Notes: generated from the letters alone by a model not told the origin. Shown: positions 1 to 10,761, counted from the first letter of the stretch. The stretch is DNA of 60,654 nucleotides from an uncultured Chryseobacterium sp. (GCA_964447465.1 CAYUTR010000001.1:1-60654); one strand, 5' to 3'. Numbers and translations are program-made.

Positions 1-835
1 CCTGTTTGTGGGACGATCTCTGTTCGGAATGTGGACCTGTCTTGAGAAGAAAAATGCGGTGTACTCCATAGTCGCCGATGACCACATCGTGGTATAGTGT
101 TACATCGAAATAGGGTTCCGACAAGTCGCCGGAAGGGCGCATATCAGCAGAATGGAACCGTCCAGCTGCGTAAGTTGCAGCTGCTTCGGTCGCGTTCACT
201 GCACGCGTCTCAATTTTGTCTGCAACCGTTACCTGCTGCGCCGATTTTTTTTCGTGGCGCAGTGACAACACGAAATGTGCCATGCCGATCCAGCCAAACA
301 GATCGATCGGAAATGCATTGTTTTTTTCTTGTTTGAAAACATGCAACTTGCGGATGGATCGCGGAATACTGTACGCAATTTTAAGTTGATCATATTCTGA
401 TGGAGTGAGGTCAATGTTGCCCGGAGATTTCTTGCTGAAGAATTCATTCAAGCGGAAACCCATTCTATCCCAAACCGATTCAAAGCTGTGTTTGCCCGAA
501 ATTCCAACAAGCAGTATCAACAACTGATTTTCGACCTGAACAACTTTGTCACGTCGTAATTTCAGCTCAGCAACTTTTTCACTGGTTGTTTTATGCAGAT
601 ACTCGAGTGTAATTTCTTTTGCATCAGCTATTGCCTGAACTTTTAAACGATTATCGCAAACGCCCATCACGAGCGGTTTGTATCCAAGAAACAGCGGTTG
701 TTTTTCGAGATCCTGGCGTTCTCCATCGACAACTGCAACACATTTTAACATGCAGGGCAATCCTTCTGCAGAACCGGTTACGTATTCTGATGTAGGAAAA
801 AGCGAAGGAAACAGTTTTCGCAGGACGCGTTTCAT
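1..835 (-). CDS. hypothetical protein, partial (start at 835, 3' end beyond left edge)
   Basis: Absent from the ORF track because it runs off the edge. My reverse-strand translation from ATG 835 (MKRVLRKLFPSLFPTSEYVTGSAEGLPCML...DVVIGDYGVHRIFLLKTG) is stop-free to position 1 (~278 codons). No family recognised with confidence. Confidence 0.5.
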   Translation of the reverse strand, partial: MKRVLRKLFPSLFPTSEYVTGSAEGLPCMLKCVAVVDGERQDLEKQPLFLGYKPLVMGVCDNRLKVQAIADAKEITLEYLHKTTSEKVAELKLRRDKVVQVENQLLILLVGISGKHSFESVWDRMGFRLNEFFSKKSPGNIDLTPSEYDQLKIAYSIPRSIRKLHVFKQEKNNAFPIDLFGWIGMAHFVLSLRHEKKSAQQVTVADKIETRAVNATEAAATYAAGRFHSADMRPSGDLSEPYFDVTLYHDVVIGDYGVHRIFLLKTGPHSEQRSSHKQ

Positions 836-907
836 AACCGGAAGGTGCGAATTTCCGGTGTATTACTGCGTACTGCGCACTGTGAACTGCGCACTTTTGT
901 TACTTTT

Positions 908-1459
908 ATGGCATTGGCACCCGCAGTTAAATATTCCGAAGACCAACTCGTTCAGCGACTCACCGCGCAGGACAAGGATGCGTTCTCTTATCTCTACGAT
1001 AACTACTCGGGTGCGCTATATGGAACGTTGATCCGTATGGTAAATGACGAGGACGTGGCGCAGGATCTTTTACAAGAGGCTTTTGTTAAAATCTGGAAGA
1101 GCTTTCCATCATACAATGCCGAAAAAGGGCGTTTGTATACGTGGATGGTGAATATCACGCGAAATCTCGCGATTGATTACAAGCGTTCGCGCACGTACAA
1201 ATCGTCAGAGAAAAACCAAGACATAGACAAGTCCGTAAGTGCTGTTAACAGGTCGCAGAAGACCGTGTTCAACATTGACCGTATCGGGCTGAAGGAGATT
1301 GTAGAAAAACTCAAACCCGAGTCGAGAGAGATGATCAACTTATTGTATTACTCAGGTTATACTCAAGAAGAAGCGTCGAAGGAACTCAACATGCCTTTGG
1401 GAACAGTGAAGACGCGAACACGCACCGCATTAATTGAATTGAGAAAACTGATCGGGTAG
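908..1459 (+). CDS. RNA polymerase sigma-70 factor, ECF subfamily
   Basis: ORF 845..1459; first ATG at 908 (MALAPAVKY). Region-2-like LLQEAFVKIWKSF and region-4 HTH YSGYTQEEASKELNMPLGTVKTRTRTAL. Its stop overlaps the start of the next ORF by 1 nt. Confidence 0.9.
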   Translation: MALAPAVKYSEDQLVQRLTAQDKDAFSYLYDNYSGALYGTLIRMVNDEDVAQDLLQEAFVKIWKSFPSYNAEKGRLYTWMVNITRNLAIDYKRSRTYKSSEKNQDIDKSVSAVNRSQKTVFNIDRIGLKEIVEKLKPESREMINLLYYSGYTQEEASKELNMPLGTVKTRTRTALIELRKLIG

Positions 1460-2295
1460 TGGATGCAAAGCAATTCATAGAATCCGGAACACTGGAGACC
1501 TACGTAATGGGTTTAGCAACCGAACAGGAAGCTAAACTTGTTGTGGAGATGTCTGCGCGTTACCCGGAAGTGAAAGCTGAGCTGAAAGCTATCGAAGCTT
1601 CTATGGAAAACTTCGATCAGAAGAATGCGGTTGAGCCACCATCACATCTCAAAGAGAAAATTCTCTCGCAAATCTCCACAGCACGTTCAGTTCCTGAAAA
1701 TGGTAAGAGTGATGCGAAAGTGATCTCGATTGCGCAACAGAAGCAGAGCAATTTCTTTAAGTATGCGGCGGGTGTGGCAATTGTGTTGTGCATCGGAAGC
1801 GTTTGGTATGCTTTGTCAGTTCGCGGAGAACTTGCAACGAAGGACAATCAAATTGCGGTTTTGACCTCGGACAACCAATTGTTGAATGCAAACCTCGTGA
1901 CGATGGACACGCTTGCTAAAACATTGGGGAATGAGAAAAATGATTTGCTTGCTGAAGTAAATCTTCTCAAAAAGCCAGGGATGAAAAGCATCGTGCTGAG
2001 CGGAATGGAAGTCGCTCCGGATGCAAAGGCAATGGTGTATGCAAACACAACAACTGGCGATTCTTATCTCGAGATCATGAATTTACCTCCTGCACCCGCA
2101 GGAATGCAATACCAGTTCTGGGGAATTGTCGACGACAAACCTGTTGATGCGGGAATGATTCCGCTCGAAGGAGATCTTTCCGGAATTCATCCAATGAAGA
2201 CGGTGCCGAACACAAAGGCATACGCGATTTCATTGGAACCAGTAGGTGGATCACAACAACCGACGGGGAAGATTTACGCGATGGGGAATTCCTGA
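1459..2295 (+). CDS. anti-sigma factor, RskA-like (single transmembrane helix)
   Basis: GTG start overlaps the sigma-factor stop codon. Central TM segment FFKYAAGVAIVLCIGSVWYAL. C-terminal YAISLEPVGGSQQPTGKIYAMG resembles the anti-sigma-K (RskA) C-terminal domain. Confidence 0.7.
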   Translation: MDAKQFIESGTLETYVMGLATEQEAKLVVEMSARYPEVKAELKAIEASMENFDQKNAVEPPSHLKEKILSQISTARSVPENGKSDAKVISIAQQKQSNFFKYAAGVAIVLCIGSVWYALSVRGELATKDNQIAVLTSDNQLLNANLVTMDTLAKTLGNEKNDLLAEVNLLKKPGMKSIVLSGMEVAPDAKAMVYANTTTGDSYLEIMNLPPAPAGMQYQFWGIVDDKPVDAGMIPLEGDLSGIHPMKTVPNTKAYAISLEPVGGSQQPTGKIYAMGNS

Positions 2296-2372
2296 GCTGC
2301 GCAAACTGTGGCTTCATAGAACGCGGATTGAGCGGATCTGGCGGATTAAACCGGATTCATTTTCACTACAAC

Positions 2373-2403
2373 ATCGGCATATCGGCATATCGGAAATCGG
2401 CAC
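2373..2403. repeat. short tandem ATCGG(C/A)A(T) block, copy 1 of 2
   Basis: ATCGGCAT ATCGGCAT ATCGGAA ATCGGCAC. The same four units occur in permuted order at 9456..9486. Preceded by GCGGATTGAGCGGATCTGGCGGATT-type iterations. Confidence 0.7.
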
Positions 2404-2430
2404 ATTGATTTTTGTACCTTCGGTTCCCCT

Positions 2431-3591
2431 ATGAAAAAGAAAATCATGCTTCTCGGTTCCGGCGAACTCGGAAAAGAATTTACAATCGCTGCGAAACGTC
2501 TCGGTCAACACGTAATTGCTGTTGATTCATATGATGATGCTCCCGCGATGCAGGTTGCTGATGAGCGCGAGGTGATCAACATGCTCGATGGAAATGCGCT
2601 AGATGCAATTGTAGAGAAGCACCGTCCTGATTTAATTGTTCCTGAGATTGAAGCAATTCGCACTGAACGTTTTTACGATTACGAATCGAAAGGAATACAA
2701 GTTGTGCCGAGTGCGAAGGCGGCTAACTTCACGATGAACAGAAAAGCAATCCGTGATCTTGCTGCGAAAGAATTGGGATTACGCACTGCGAAATACGATT
2801 ACGCAACAACTCTCGAACAATTCCGCGAAGCGATTGATGCGATCGGAATTCCATGTGTTGTGAAACCGCTGATGTCTTCATCCGGAAAAGGTCAGAGCGT
2901 TATAAAGTCCTACGACGACATCGACAAAGCATGGCAATACGCTATGAGCGGCACACGTGGCGATCTTCTCGAAGTAATCGTAGAAGCATTCGTGAAGTTT
3001 GAATCGGAAATCACGTTGCTCACGGTTACACAGAAAAGTGGCAACACACTTTTCTGTCCGCCGATCGGTCACAGACAAGAGCGTGGTGATTACCAGGAAA
3101 GCTGGATGCCACATCCGATGACGAATGCACATTTGAACGAAGCAGAGGAGATGGCCGGAAAAGTTACGCGCGCTTTAGGTGGAGCAGGATTGTGGGGAGT
3201 AGAATTCTTTCTCGCAGAAGATGGAGTTTATTTCTCTGAACTTTCACCACGTCCGCATGATACAGGAATGGTGACATTAGCGAATACACTTCCGTTGAAT
3301 GAATTTGAATTGCATTTGCGTGCAGTACTCGGCATGCCGATTCCTGATATTTCATTGCAGCGTGCGGGAGCAAGCGCCGTAATTCTCGCGAACAAAGAAG
3401 GTGTTCCGCACATTACCGGAATTGAAGACGCGCTGAACGAAGCGTTGGTCGATGTGAAAATTTTCGGCAAACCTGTTACGCGTCCGTATCGTCGCATGGC
3501 TGTTGCACTTGCGTGGGACAAGCCGGGCACGGATGTGAAATTGCTGGTTGCAAAAGCACAAGCGGTTGCCGCGAAAGTGAAGGTGCATTGA
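2431..3591 (+). CDS. purT: formate-dependent phosphoribosylglycinamide formyltransferase (GAR transformylase 2)
   Basis: Near-collinear resemblance to E. coli PurT as I recall it: [81 protein letters not shown]. Confidence 0.95.
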   Translation: MKKKIMLLGSGELGKEFTIAAKRLGQHVIAVDSYDDAPAMQVADEREVINMLDGNALDAIVEKHRPDLIVPEIEAIRTERFYDYESKGIQVVPSAKAANFTMNRKAIRDLAAKELGLRTAKYDYATTLEQFREAIDAIGIPCVVKPLMSSSGKGQSVIKSYDDIDKAWQYAMSGTRGDLLEVIVEAFVKFESEITLLTVTQKSGNTLFCPPIGHRQERGDYQESWMPHPMTNAHLNEAEEMAGKVTRALGGAGLWGVEFFLAEDGVYFSELSPRPHDTGMVTLANTLPLNEFELHLRAVLGMPIPDISLQRAGASAVILANKEGVPHITGIEDALNEALVDVKIFGKPVTRPYRRMAVALAWDKPGTDVKLLVAKAQAVAAKVKVH

Positions 3592-3905
3592 CTGCGCATT
3601 CTCTTAGAGACTAAGCATCAACATTAACGGAGTGATCAGAATCACCAGCACTAGTACGAGGAGCGGAGGGCAGTTCATGGCTTTTAGGTTTTAGTTATAT
3701 AACCTAAGACCTGCAATACTTAGTCCGGTTTAATCGATTCCGGCGAATCTATACAAGTGGCAAATCCTACCAAACAAGTGGAGTTTATTTGAACCGTCTG
3801 GTACACGAATTCAGCAAGAAAAGAAACAAAGGCCTTGGTGTCCTGGTGAACTAGGTCATGAATTCTTCCAGATATGGTTGCCAGAAACAGTAACGTGCCC
3901 CAAAC

Positions 3906-3932
3906 GAAAAAGTCCCCGCCGAAGCAGGGACT
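3906..3932 (-). terminator. rho-independent terminator of the 3957..5696 gene
   Basis: Hairpin AGTCCC(C)GC-CGAA-GC(A)GGGACT. On the minus strand it is followed by TTTTT (plus-strand AAAAA at 3906-3910). Lies 25 nt after the stop. Confidence 0.7.
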
Positions 3933-3956
3933 TTCCGTCTCAAGGGGTATGCAATA

Positions 3957-5696
3957 TTATTCGATGATCAAACGCTCGGTTGTTTTTACATCGCCGTTAT
4001 AAACGTTCACGAAGTAAACACCTGCTTCAAACGTGCTCACATCAACTGTAGTTGAGGTGCCCATTGCAACTGTAGTGTAAACAACCTGTCCGAGCGTGTT
4101 TGTGATTTCAATCGTCTGATCTTTTTCAGAAGAGATCATCACGCTTTCGTTTGCAGGATTCGGATACAAACCGATGTGTGTTGTTCCCGGAAGTGTTACA
4201 ACACTTGCTGCCGGATCAATTACAACAGGTGCACCCATCGCAGCAATTGGAATGTTCACCATTTGTCCGTTGATTGCTTTCACGTTTGTGATCTGCAGGT
4301 TCAACGTAGAAATGCTCGTAATGCTTGATGAAGCAGTTAAGCGGATTGTTCCGATGTAACCGAATCCGTTTACTTCAGTATGCGTCATGCGGCACAGGGT
4401 AACATCATTCGAACCTGCTGCGAAATCATCATATGCAAAGGCAAGCATTGATGTGTTCTTTACACCGATGAATGATCCAGCGAAAGTTGTTTGCGCAGAA
4501 CCTGATTGCACCATCTGATTGTCATAAGCAACGCTGAATGAAATTCCATACAGGCTGTTAACCGGCATTGATGAATTCGCGAGATAAACATCAGCGTAGA
4601 TAAATCCTCCTGGAGGAACTGTATCACTGATTATATCAAGGTACATTGTTGGAGCGGTCAACGGATCAATTGATTCCTGTGGTCCACCCAAACGGAATGT
4701 ATGAGTCTGTGAATAGTTCAATGAAATTGCAAGCGTATCATTCAGATCGACGATACCATCACCGTTTGTATCAGCGTGTTTGTAGTTTGCTCCGAGTGGA
4801 ACAGACTGTGACCAATCAGTTGATGGTTCTGCTTGCCACGTAGTTGTGCCGCCAACTCGTGCTGTTCCGGTTGCGCCGTAAGCAACACCGAGTGTGAGGA
4901 CGTCAACGTTATTTGCTTGCAAATCGTAATCAGCGTCTCCAGGCCATACGTTCGGAATTCCTGATCCGATGCAGGAAACGTCGATGTACGTGTAGCCAAA
5001 ATGTCCGCCGTAAACGCAATCGGCATTCACGAATTCAACGGTCATGTTTGTACCAATGTATGCCGACAAATCACGACTAAGCGGAGTCCAGCGACGATAC
5101 AGCAGGTCGGGAGCATTTCCTGAAACTATGTAAGGCACAGAAGGATCTCCAGCCCAAATTGTATCATTGCAGCACGTTAACGAATTGCCGAACTGATCAT
5201 AAAAATTGACCATGAAATAAGGCTGGTCGGCCCAAGGATGGCCAGGATCCTGCATTACGCTGGAGTATTGAAACTGGAACCAGGGATTCGCAGCCGTAAC
5301 AGTGAATTGAAATGCAACTTTTTCACATTCAAAACCAATGTTTCCATTGCCAAGACGAATTGATGCTATTCCACCGCCTGGAGCAAGAGAAGTCATTTGA
5401 GTATCCGGTAGCATTGTCGCAGGATCAATGACTGTTGAGTCCAGGTAATTCGTGGTGATGATCGTCTGCCGCGCAGATGGATCATAAGTCAACGCGTTGT
5501 TACCATTAGAAACCATTCCGGGAGTCCATGTTACGGGCACCAGAATTCCACCTGTATTAGAACCGGTTGCACCCGTCCAGTTTACAAAAGTACTGTCGTC
5601 AAAATCCTGATTGTTACACTGCGATTGCGCGTTGACTGCTGAAGCCGCAAGAATGCATGAAAAAGCAATGACTGCTTTGAGTAGAGGTTGTTTCAT
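3957..5696 (-). CDS. T9SS-secreted protein with dockerin-like and cohesin-like segments
   Basis: Signal peptide MKQPLLKAVIAFSCILAASAVNAQ. DTNGDGIVDLNDTLAI is a dockerin/EF-hand-like repeat. C-terminal YPNPANESVMISS...GVYFVNVYNG...LIIE is a T9SS C-terminal sorting domain. Confidence 0.75.
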   Translation of the reverse strand: MKQPLLKAVIAFSCILAASAVNAQSQCNNQDFDDSTFVNWTGATGSNTGGILVPVTWTPGMVSNGNNALTYDPSARQTIITTNYLDSTVIDPATMLPDTQMTSLAPGGGIASIRLGNGNIGFECEKVAFQFTVTAANPWFQFQYSSVMQDPGHPWADQPYFMVNFYDQFGNSLTCCNDTIWAGDPSVPYIVSGNAPDLLYRRWTPLSRDLSAYIGTNMTVEFVNADCVYGGHFGYTYIDVSCIGSGIPNVWPGDADYDLQANNVDVLTLGVAYGATGTARVGGTTTWQAEPSTDWSQSVPLGANYKHADTNGDGIVDLNDTLAISLNYSQTHTFRLGGPQESIDPLTAPTMYLDIISDTVPPGGFIYADVYLANSSMPVNSLYGISFSVAYDNQMVQSGSAQTTFAGSFIGVKNTSMLAFAYDDFAAGSNDVTLCRMTHTEVNGFGYIGTIRLTASSSITSISTLNLQITNVKAINGQMVNIPIAAMGAPVVIDPAASVVTLPGTTHIGLYPNPANESVMISSEKDQTIEITNTLGQVVYTTVAMGTSTTVDVSTFEAGVYFVNVYNGDVKTTERLIIE

Positions 5697-5873
5697 AGTA
5701 ATTTGTGTTTCGTTTGCTGATGCAAAATACAGAATGCGAAGGTGTTTTGCAACCGTCTTTTCGGAATGATTTTGCCCTTTTGTGTTTTCAACTCAAGCTC
5801 GTGTTCGCACTTCACACACGTAGCGACTCCACAAGGTCGCGCGAAGAAATACACATGTTGTCCGGCAAATGTC

Positions 5874-6986
5874 CTAGTTCAACCGAAACATTTTCCCCGG
5901 CAACGACTTCACAACTCCCGCAAATTCCAGCGTCAATAAAATCGCTGCTGTTTTTCCGGAAGGCAATTCTGCCATCAAGCAGATTTCATCAATGTGTACA
6001 TTTCCCATTCCGCGCATTGTAGCAACAACTTTTTCTTCTTCGCCGGAAAAGAGTTGAATGCTCGACTGCGATACCTGCGATGCTGCGTCTGGTTTTTCCC
6101 AGCCCATTGCATATGCAACATCATCGGCTGAATCGATAAGTGCTGCTTTATGTTTTTTAATAAGCTTATGACAACCTGCTGAAGCTGCGTCACCAATTCT
6201 TCCCGGGAATGCAAACACATCGCGATTGTAGTTCATCGCAAATTCTGCGGTGATCATGGAGCCACCTTTCTCACCTGATTCAACGACAATCACTGCATCA
6301 GAAAGTCCAGCGACAATGCGGTTTCGTTGCGGAAAATTTTCACGATCAGGGTTTGTTCCGCAAGGAAAATCGGTGAGCAATCCGCCCTGGGAAATCATTT
6401 TCTTCGCTGTGCCTGCATGCACGCGCGGATAAATTTCATCGAGGCCATGTGCAAGAACTCCAACTGTATCGATGTTCTGATCGAGTGATGCGCGATGCGC
6501 ACATACATCAACTCCGTATGCAAGTCCACTTACGATGAGTACGTTGTATTTCACCAGATCAGCAACCAGTTTTTCGCACAGTTGTGTTCCGTAATCGGTG
6601 ATGTTACGTGTTCCGATAATGGAAACAATCCGCTTCGCATTTAAATTCGCTGAACCTTTGTAGTAGAGTAGAGGAGGGCTGTCGTAACAGTGTTTCAGTC
6701 GCGAAGGATAATTTGCTTCCGTGAAATACAACATACGTATTCCCGATTTCTCAATGCGCTTCAATTCTTCTTCCGCGCGCTTCCTGCAATCGCGATTGGC
6801 CACCAGTTTGGCCGTGATTTTTCCAATGCCCGGAATCGTTTCCAGCAACTTTTTCTTTTCGCGGAAAACCGCTTCTGCACTTCCGCAATGAAGCACCAGC
6901 TTCTTGGAGATCACCGGTCCAATGCCCGGAATCATGGTCAGAGCGATACGCCCTGCATATTCGTCGAAACACATAGCAGTTAACAA
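5874..6986 (-). CDS. dprA: DNA-processing protein DprA
   Basis: IIGTRNITDYG, SGLAYGVDVCAHRASL, VVESGEKGGSMITAEFAMNYNRDVFAFPGRI and a C-terminal winged-helix tail are typical of DprA/Smf. Confidence 0.9.
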   Translation of the reverse strand: MLTAMCFDEYAGRIALTMIPGIGPVISKKLVLHCGSAEAVFREKKKLLETIPGIGKITAKLVANRDCRKRAEEELKRIEKSGIRMLYFTEANYPSRLKHCYDSPPLLYYKGSANLNAKRIVSIIGTRNITDYGTQLCEKLVADLVKYNVLIVSGLAYGVDVCAHRASLDQNIDTVGVLAHGLDEIYPRVHAGTAKKMISQGGLLTDFPCGTNPDRENFPQRNRIVAGLSDAVIVVESGEKGGSMITAEFAMNYNRDVFAFPGRIGDAASAGCHKLIKKHKAALIDSADDVAYAMGWEKPDAASQVSQSSIQLFSGEEEKVVATMRGMGNVHIDEICLMAELPSGKTAAILLTLEFAGVVKSLPGKMFRLN

Positions 6987-7023
6987 ACTTTTATTTTACA
7001 TTGCAAAAACAATCGCTGTCTTG

Positions 7024-9369
7024 ATGAAGTCAATATTTTACCTAACGAGCTTTCTTGTTGCGAATTTCCTATTTCTTTCGGAAATTAAATCACAACAAAC
7101 GTTTGTAAACGGTTATGTTTCGGATAGTGCCTCAGGAGAGGCTTTAATCGGCGTTGTGGTGAACACTTCCCAGGCAAAAGGTGCTGTAACCGACATCAAC
7201 GGAAACTTCAAAGTGGAAGTAACGCCGGGCACGGTGACCTTCACATTCAATTATATCGGCTACCGGACTTTTACTGACGTAAAGGAAATTACTGAAGGCG
7301 GCGAATACAATTTCAAATACGTGATGGCAGGCACCAGCAAAGAGTTGGGCATTGTTGTTGTTTCTTCCGGACGTTATGAGCAGAAAATTGAAGAGGTTCC
7401 GATTTCGATGGAAGTAATCAGGCCAGCGTTGATTCAGAATAAAAACACAACCAACATCAATCAGGTGATTGATCAGACACCGGGCGTGAATGTTACTGAT
7501 GACCAGGCAAACATTCGCGGCGGAAGCGGTTACAGTTATGGAAGCGGATCCCGCGTGTTACTTGTAGTAGATGATATGCCGATGCTTTCTGGCGATGCGC
7601 AGGATGTGAAATGGAATTACCTGCCGATTGAAAACGTATCACAGATCGAAGTTATGAAAGGTGCTTCGTCGGCACTGTTCGGTTCTTCTGCACTAAATGG
7701 AGTAATTCATTTCCGTACTGCATATCCAACGAGTAAGCCTGCGACAAACATTACGATGTTCTCTGGATTTTACGACAGTCCACAGCGGGCTGAACTGAAG
7801 TGGTGGCCCAATGCGAATCCAATGTTCAGCGGAATTAATTTCGGTCACTCGCGACAGATCGGGAAAAACTTTGATCTCGTTCTCGGCGGACATATTTTCA
7901 ATGATGATGGTTATCGCTATCTTGAAACGGAAGACCGCATGCGCTTCAATATCAACACACGTTACCGTTTCAAGAAGATTGATGGACTTTCAGCTGGAGT
8001 GAATATGAATTTCATGCGCACCCGCGGCGGATTATTCATTCTGTGGCACAGCGATTCGCTCGCCTACACGCCACTCGATTCTGCGATCCAGAATTACAAA
8101 AACTTCCGCTATAACATTGATCCGTTCATTGTGTACCATGGACCACGCGGTCACAACCACTCGTTGCGTACGCGCCTGTTTGTTACCGACAACAACAACG
8201 ATACGGAGCAAGGATCACTCGCGCAATTCTATTACGGCGAATACCAGTACCAATATCACTTCGAAAATAATCTGGCCGTTACAGCTGGATTAGTTGGAAC
8301 ATACACGCACGTTGTTTCGGATCTGTACGATGACTCGTCATCAGGAACATCGATTGACAGCGCAGCGCCACGCATCGGACGAAATGTTTCTACGTATTTG
8401 CAGATGGACAAAAAATTCTTCGATCGTCTTTTCGTTACGATTGGCGGACGATTCGAATACTATCGACTCGATACATCTGTAACAGAATACAATCTGGTCT
8501 TGAGCAAGTCAGATACACTCACGCTTCCTTTCCGTCCAGTAATGCGCGTCGGTGTGAGTTACAAATTGGCGAAGGCAACTTTCATCCGTACTTCTTACGG
8601 ACAAGGTTATCGCTTCCCGTGCATCGCAGAGAAATACATTCGCACAAGTGCTGGCGGACTTGAAATTTATCCCAACAACAAGTTGCAACCGGAATATGGT
8701 CAGTCGGCTGAAATCGGTATCAAGCAGGGAATTAAGATCGGCAACTGGAAAGGATTCGCTGACGCTGCAATTTTCTGGATGCAGTACACGAACATGATGG
8801 AATTCAAGTTCGGTGCTTACGGAAGTCCTATCACCGATCCATTCTTCGGTTTCGGTTTTCAGTCGGTGAATGTAGGAACTACGCGCGTGCGTGGCGTTGA
8901 TTGTTCGATCATGGGTGAAGGTAAAATCGGAAAGCTGGACATCACGTTACTCGCCGGTTACACGTACATGGATCCTCGTTCGCTGGAGTATGATGAAGCA
9001 CGTGATACTTTGTTTTCTACTGCGAATTACAATGTACTAAAGTATCGTTATCGCCACATCGCAAAATTTGATTGTGAAGTGAGTTACAAAAGGTTTTCTG
9101 TAGGATTGAGCTCGCGCTACAACAGCTACATGGAAGCCATCGACAAGGTGTTCGTTCAGCTCGGAAACATTGTTCCGGGAATCGGACCTTACCGCGATGT
9201 ACACAATCGCGGCGATCTGATGTTCGATTCACGCATGATGTACCGTGTGAATGATATTCTTCGCTTCTCGCTCATCACGAATAACATCTTCAATACGGAA
9301 TGTTCATCGCGTCCGGCAGATGTGTTAGCGCCGAGAAATTTCGCGGTGCAGATTCAAATGAAATTCTAG
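7024..9369 (+). CDS. TonB-dependent receptor with N-terminal carboxypeptidase-regulatory-like domain
   Basis: ORF 6904..9369 trimmed to ATG 7024 (MKSIFYLTSFLVANFLFLSEIKSQ signal), which removes the overlap with dprA. VNGYVSDSASGEALIGVVV..TDINGNF is the CarbopepD_reg part, IRGGSGYSYGSGSRVLLVVDDMPM the plug, and the C-terminal residue F fits a beta-barrel terminus. Confidence 0.85.
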   Translation: MKSIFYLTSFLVANFLFLSEIKSQQTFVNGYVSDSASGEALIGVVVNTSQAKGAVTDINGNFKVEVTPGTVTFTFNYIGYRTFTDVKEITEGGEYNFKYVMAGTSKELGIVVVSSGRYEQKIEEVPISMEVIRPALIQNKNTTNINQVIDQTPGVNVTDDQANIRGGSGYSYGSGSRVLLVVDDMPMLSGDAQDVKWNYLPIENVSQIEVMKGASSALFGSSALNGVIHFRTAYPTSKPATNITMFSGFYDSPQRAELKWWPNANPMFSGINFGHSRQIGKNFDLVLGGHIFNDDGYRYLETEDRMRFNINTRYRFKKIDGLSAGVNMNFMRTRGGLFILWHSDSLAYTPLDSAIQNYKNFRYNIDPFIVYHGPRGHNHSLRTRLFVTDNNNDTEQGSLAQFYYGEYQYQYHFENNLAVTAGLVGTYTHVVSDLYDDSSSGTSIDSAAPRIGRNVSTYLQMDKKFFDRLFVTIGGRFEYYRLDTSVTEYNLVLSKSDTLTLPFRPVMRVGVSYKLAKATFIRTSYGQGYRFPCIAEKYIRTSAGGLEIYPNNKLQPEYGQSAEIGIKQGIKIGNWKGFADAAIFWMQYTNMMEFKFGAYGSPITDPFFGFGFQSVNVGTTRVRGVDCSIMGEGKIGKLDITLLAGYTYMDPRSLEYDEARDTLFSTANYNVLKYRYRHIAKFDCEVSYKRFSVGLSSRYNSYMEAIDKVFVQLGNIVPGIGPYRDVHNRGDLMFDSRMMYRVNDILRFSLITNNIFNTECSSRPADVLAPRNFAVQIQMKF

Positions 9370-9455
9370 GCTCTGGATTGCCACCCTTCGGCGGAGTTCA
9401 TGCTGAGCGTAGTCGAAGTGCTCAGTCTGACAATCCGCAGCTAGCACCAAGTACA

Positions 9456-9486
9456 ATCGGCATATCGGAAATCGGCATATCGGCAC
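9456..9486. repeat. short tandem ATCGG(C/A)A(T) block, copy 2 of 2
   Basis: ATCGGCAT ATCGGAA ATCGGCAT ATCGGCAC, the same units as 2373..2403. Preceded by GCTGAGCGTAGTCGAAGTGCTCAG, a REP-like motif related to 10836..10898. Confidence 0.7.
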
Positions 9487-9666
9487 ATCTTTTCGGGTTT
9501 TAAAGCGGTGTATAGTCTCTGTTTTCACCGCTATTAACAGTCGGACCGCAAACACTTATCCTCCCAAACCGTTACACTGCTAACCATCCTGCCCCAATTG
9601 CGGAATTCACCCTTCTATGTGAGGGCTTTTGGCGCAAATTGGTAAGAGATTAGCTAACACACCAGC

Positions 9667-10341
9667 ATGAACACCGTCCCAAGCCCGCTGAAAATCACTT
9701 TGAACACGACCCTGAAGATTATCTTCTGGGTGCCGACCATTTTTCTGAGCCTGCTGCTGGTCTGGAATACCATTCCGTATTTCACGTTCGACACACAAAT
9801 GAAATTCCTGGTTGAGCGTTCGTTGCTGATGGAAAAAACCGTTTGGAAGGTTTGTTTCTACTCTCACATTTTTGCGGGTGCGATCTGCATCATTGCATCA
9901 CTCATTCAGTTTTCTTCCTGGATACTGAAGAAGCGCAAGAAGATTCACATCATGTCGGGTAAAATTTACGTGTTCGTAGTTCTACTCATTGGTGCACCAT
10001 CCGGATTGTACATGACCTACTTCGCAAAAGGGGGTTACGCCGAGCGCGGTGCATTTCTCGCAATGGCGGTGTTCTGGTTCTTTACAACCTACAAGGGATT
10101 TGTAACGGCAGCCCGCGATAAGAACTTCGTTGCACACAAGCACTGGATGATCCGCTCCTATGCAATGGCACTTACCGCGGTAACGTTCCGCATCTATCAC
10201 ATACTTTTTGATGAAATGGGAATGAGTTCATTCAATAACTACTCACTTTCACTTTGGATCAGCATCATCGGCAACTGGCTGGTGGCAGAATTCATAATCT
10301 ACTTACAAACGAAAAACTACCTTAAAACATATCTCTCATGA
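9667..10341 (+). CDS. integral membrane protein (DUF2306-like, tentative)
   Basis: About 6 hydrophobic helices. HKHWMIRSYAMALTAVTFRIY resembles the DUF2306 family as I remember it. Confidence 0.5.
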   Translation: MNTVPSPLKITLNTTLKIIFWVPTIFLSLLLVWNTIPYFTFDTQMKFLVERSLLMEKTVWKVCFYSHIFAGAICIIASLIQFSSWILKKRKKIHIMSGKIYVFVVLLIGAPSGLYMTYFAKGGYAERGAFLAMAVFWFFTTYKGFVTAARDKNFVAHKHWMIRSYAMALTAVTFRIYHILFDEMGMSSFNNYSLSLWISIIGNWLVAEFIIYLQTKNYLKTYLS

Positions 10342-10640
10342 AAAAGTTCCTCACCATCTGCATTGCCCTGATGTTTGTTGCCGGAATTTATGGTGCAACC
10401 GACATGACCCATGATATCAAAACCGGTCGACTGATTGAATACGAACACGTGCGCGAACGTCACGCGAAGAATTTGCTTTTTATCATCAAGACAACAGGAT
10501 TAGGCACGTACAAATTCCGTGGTTCTCCGCAGGGCGGAAGTACTAAGCCGGCTGTAAAAATCCAGAAAGAAGAAGTGAAGGAAAAGAAGATGATTGAGTA
10601 TTTCGAAGATTTCAGTAGGGGCGATTGCAGCGATTGTTAA
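10338..10640 (+). CDS. small secreted hypothetical protein
   Basis: ATGA overlap with the upstream gene. Signal-like MKKFLTICIALMFVAGIYGA. No family recognised. Confidence 0.5.
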   Translation: MKKFLTICIALMFVAGIYGATDMTHDIKTGRLIEYEHVRERHAKNLLFIIKTTGLGTYKFRGSPQGGSTKPAVKIQKEEVKEKKMIEYFEDFSRGDCSDC

Positions 10641-10761
10641 AATCTCAAACGAGTTGTAACTAATCGTATCCACCGTTGTTATACTAATGGCGACCACGGA
10701 ACTGCTATCGGTCGCCGGTGGGCCTGGCAGGGACCGCAGCCTTGCCCCACAAAAAAAGAGA

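Noticed and set aside
3603-3677. 24-codon hydrophobic minus-strand ORF (MNCPPLLVLVLVILITPLMLMLSL) downstream of purT
   Set aside because: Too short to support. No conservation information is available.
6904-7023. N-terminal extension of the TonB-dependent receptor ORF overlapping dprA
   Set aside because: The extension lacks a signal peptide and overlaps the dprA 5' end on the opposite strand. The signal peptide begins at ATG 7024.
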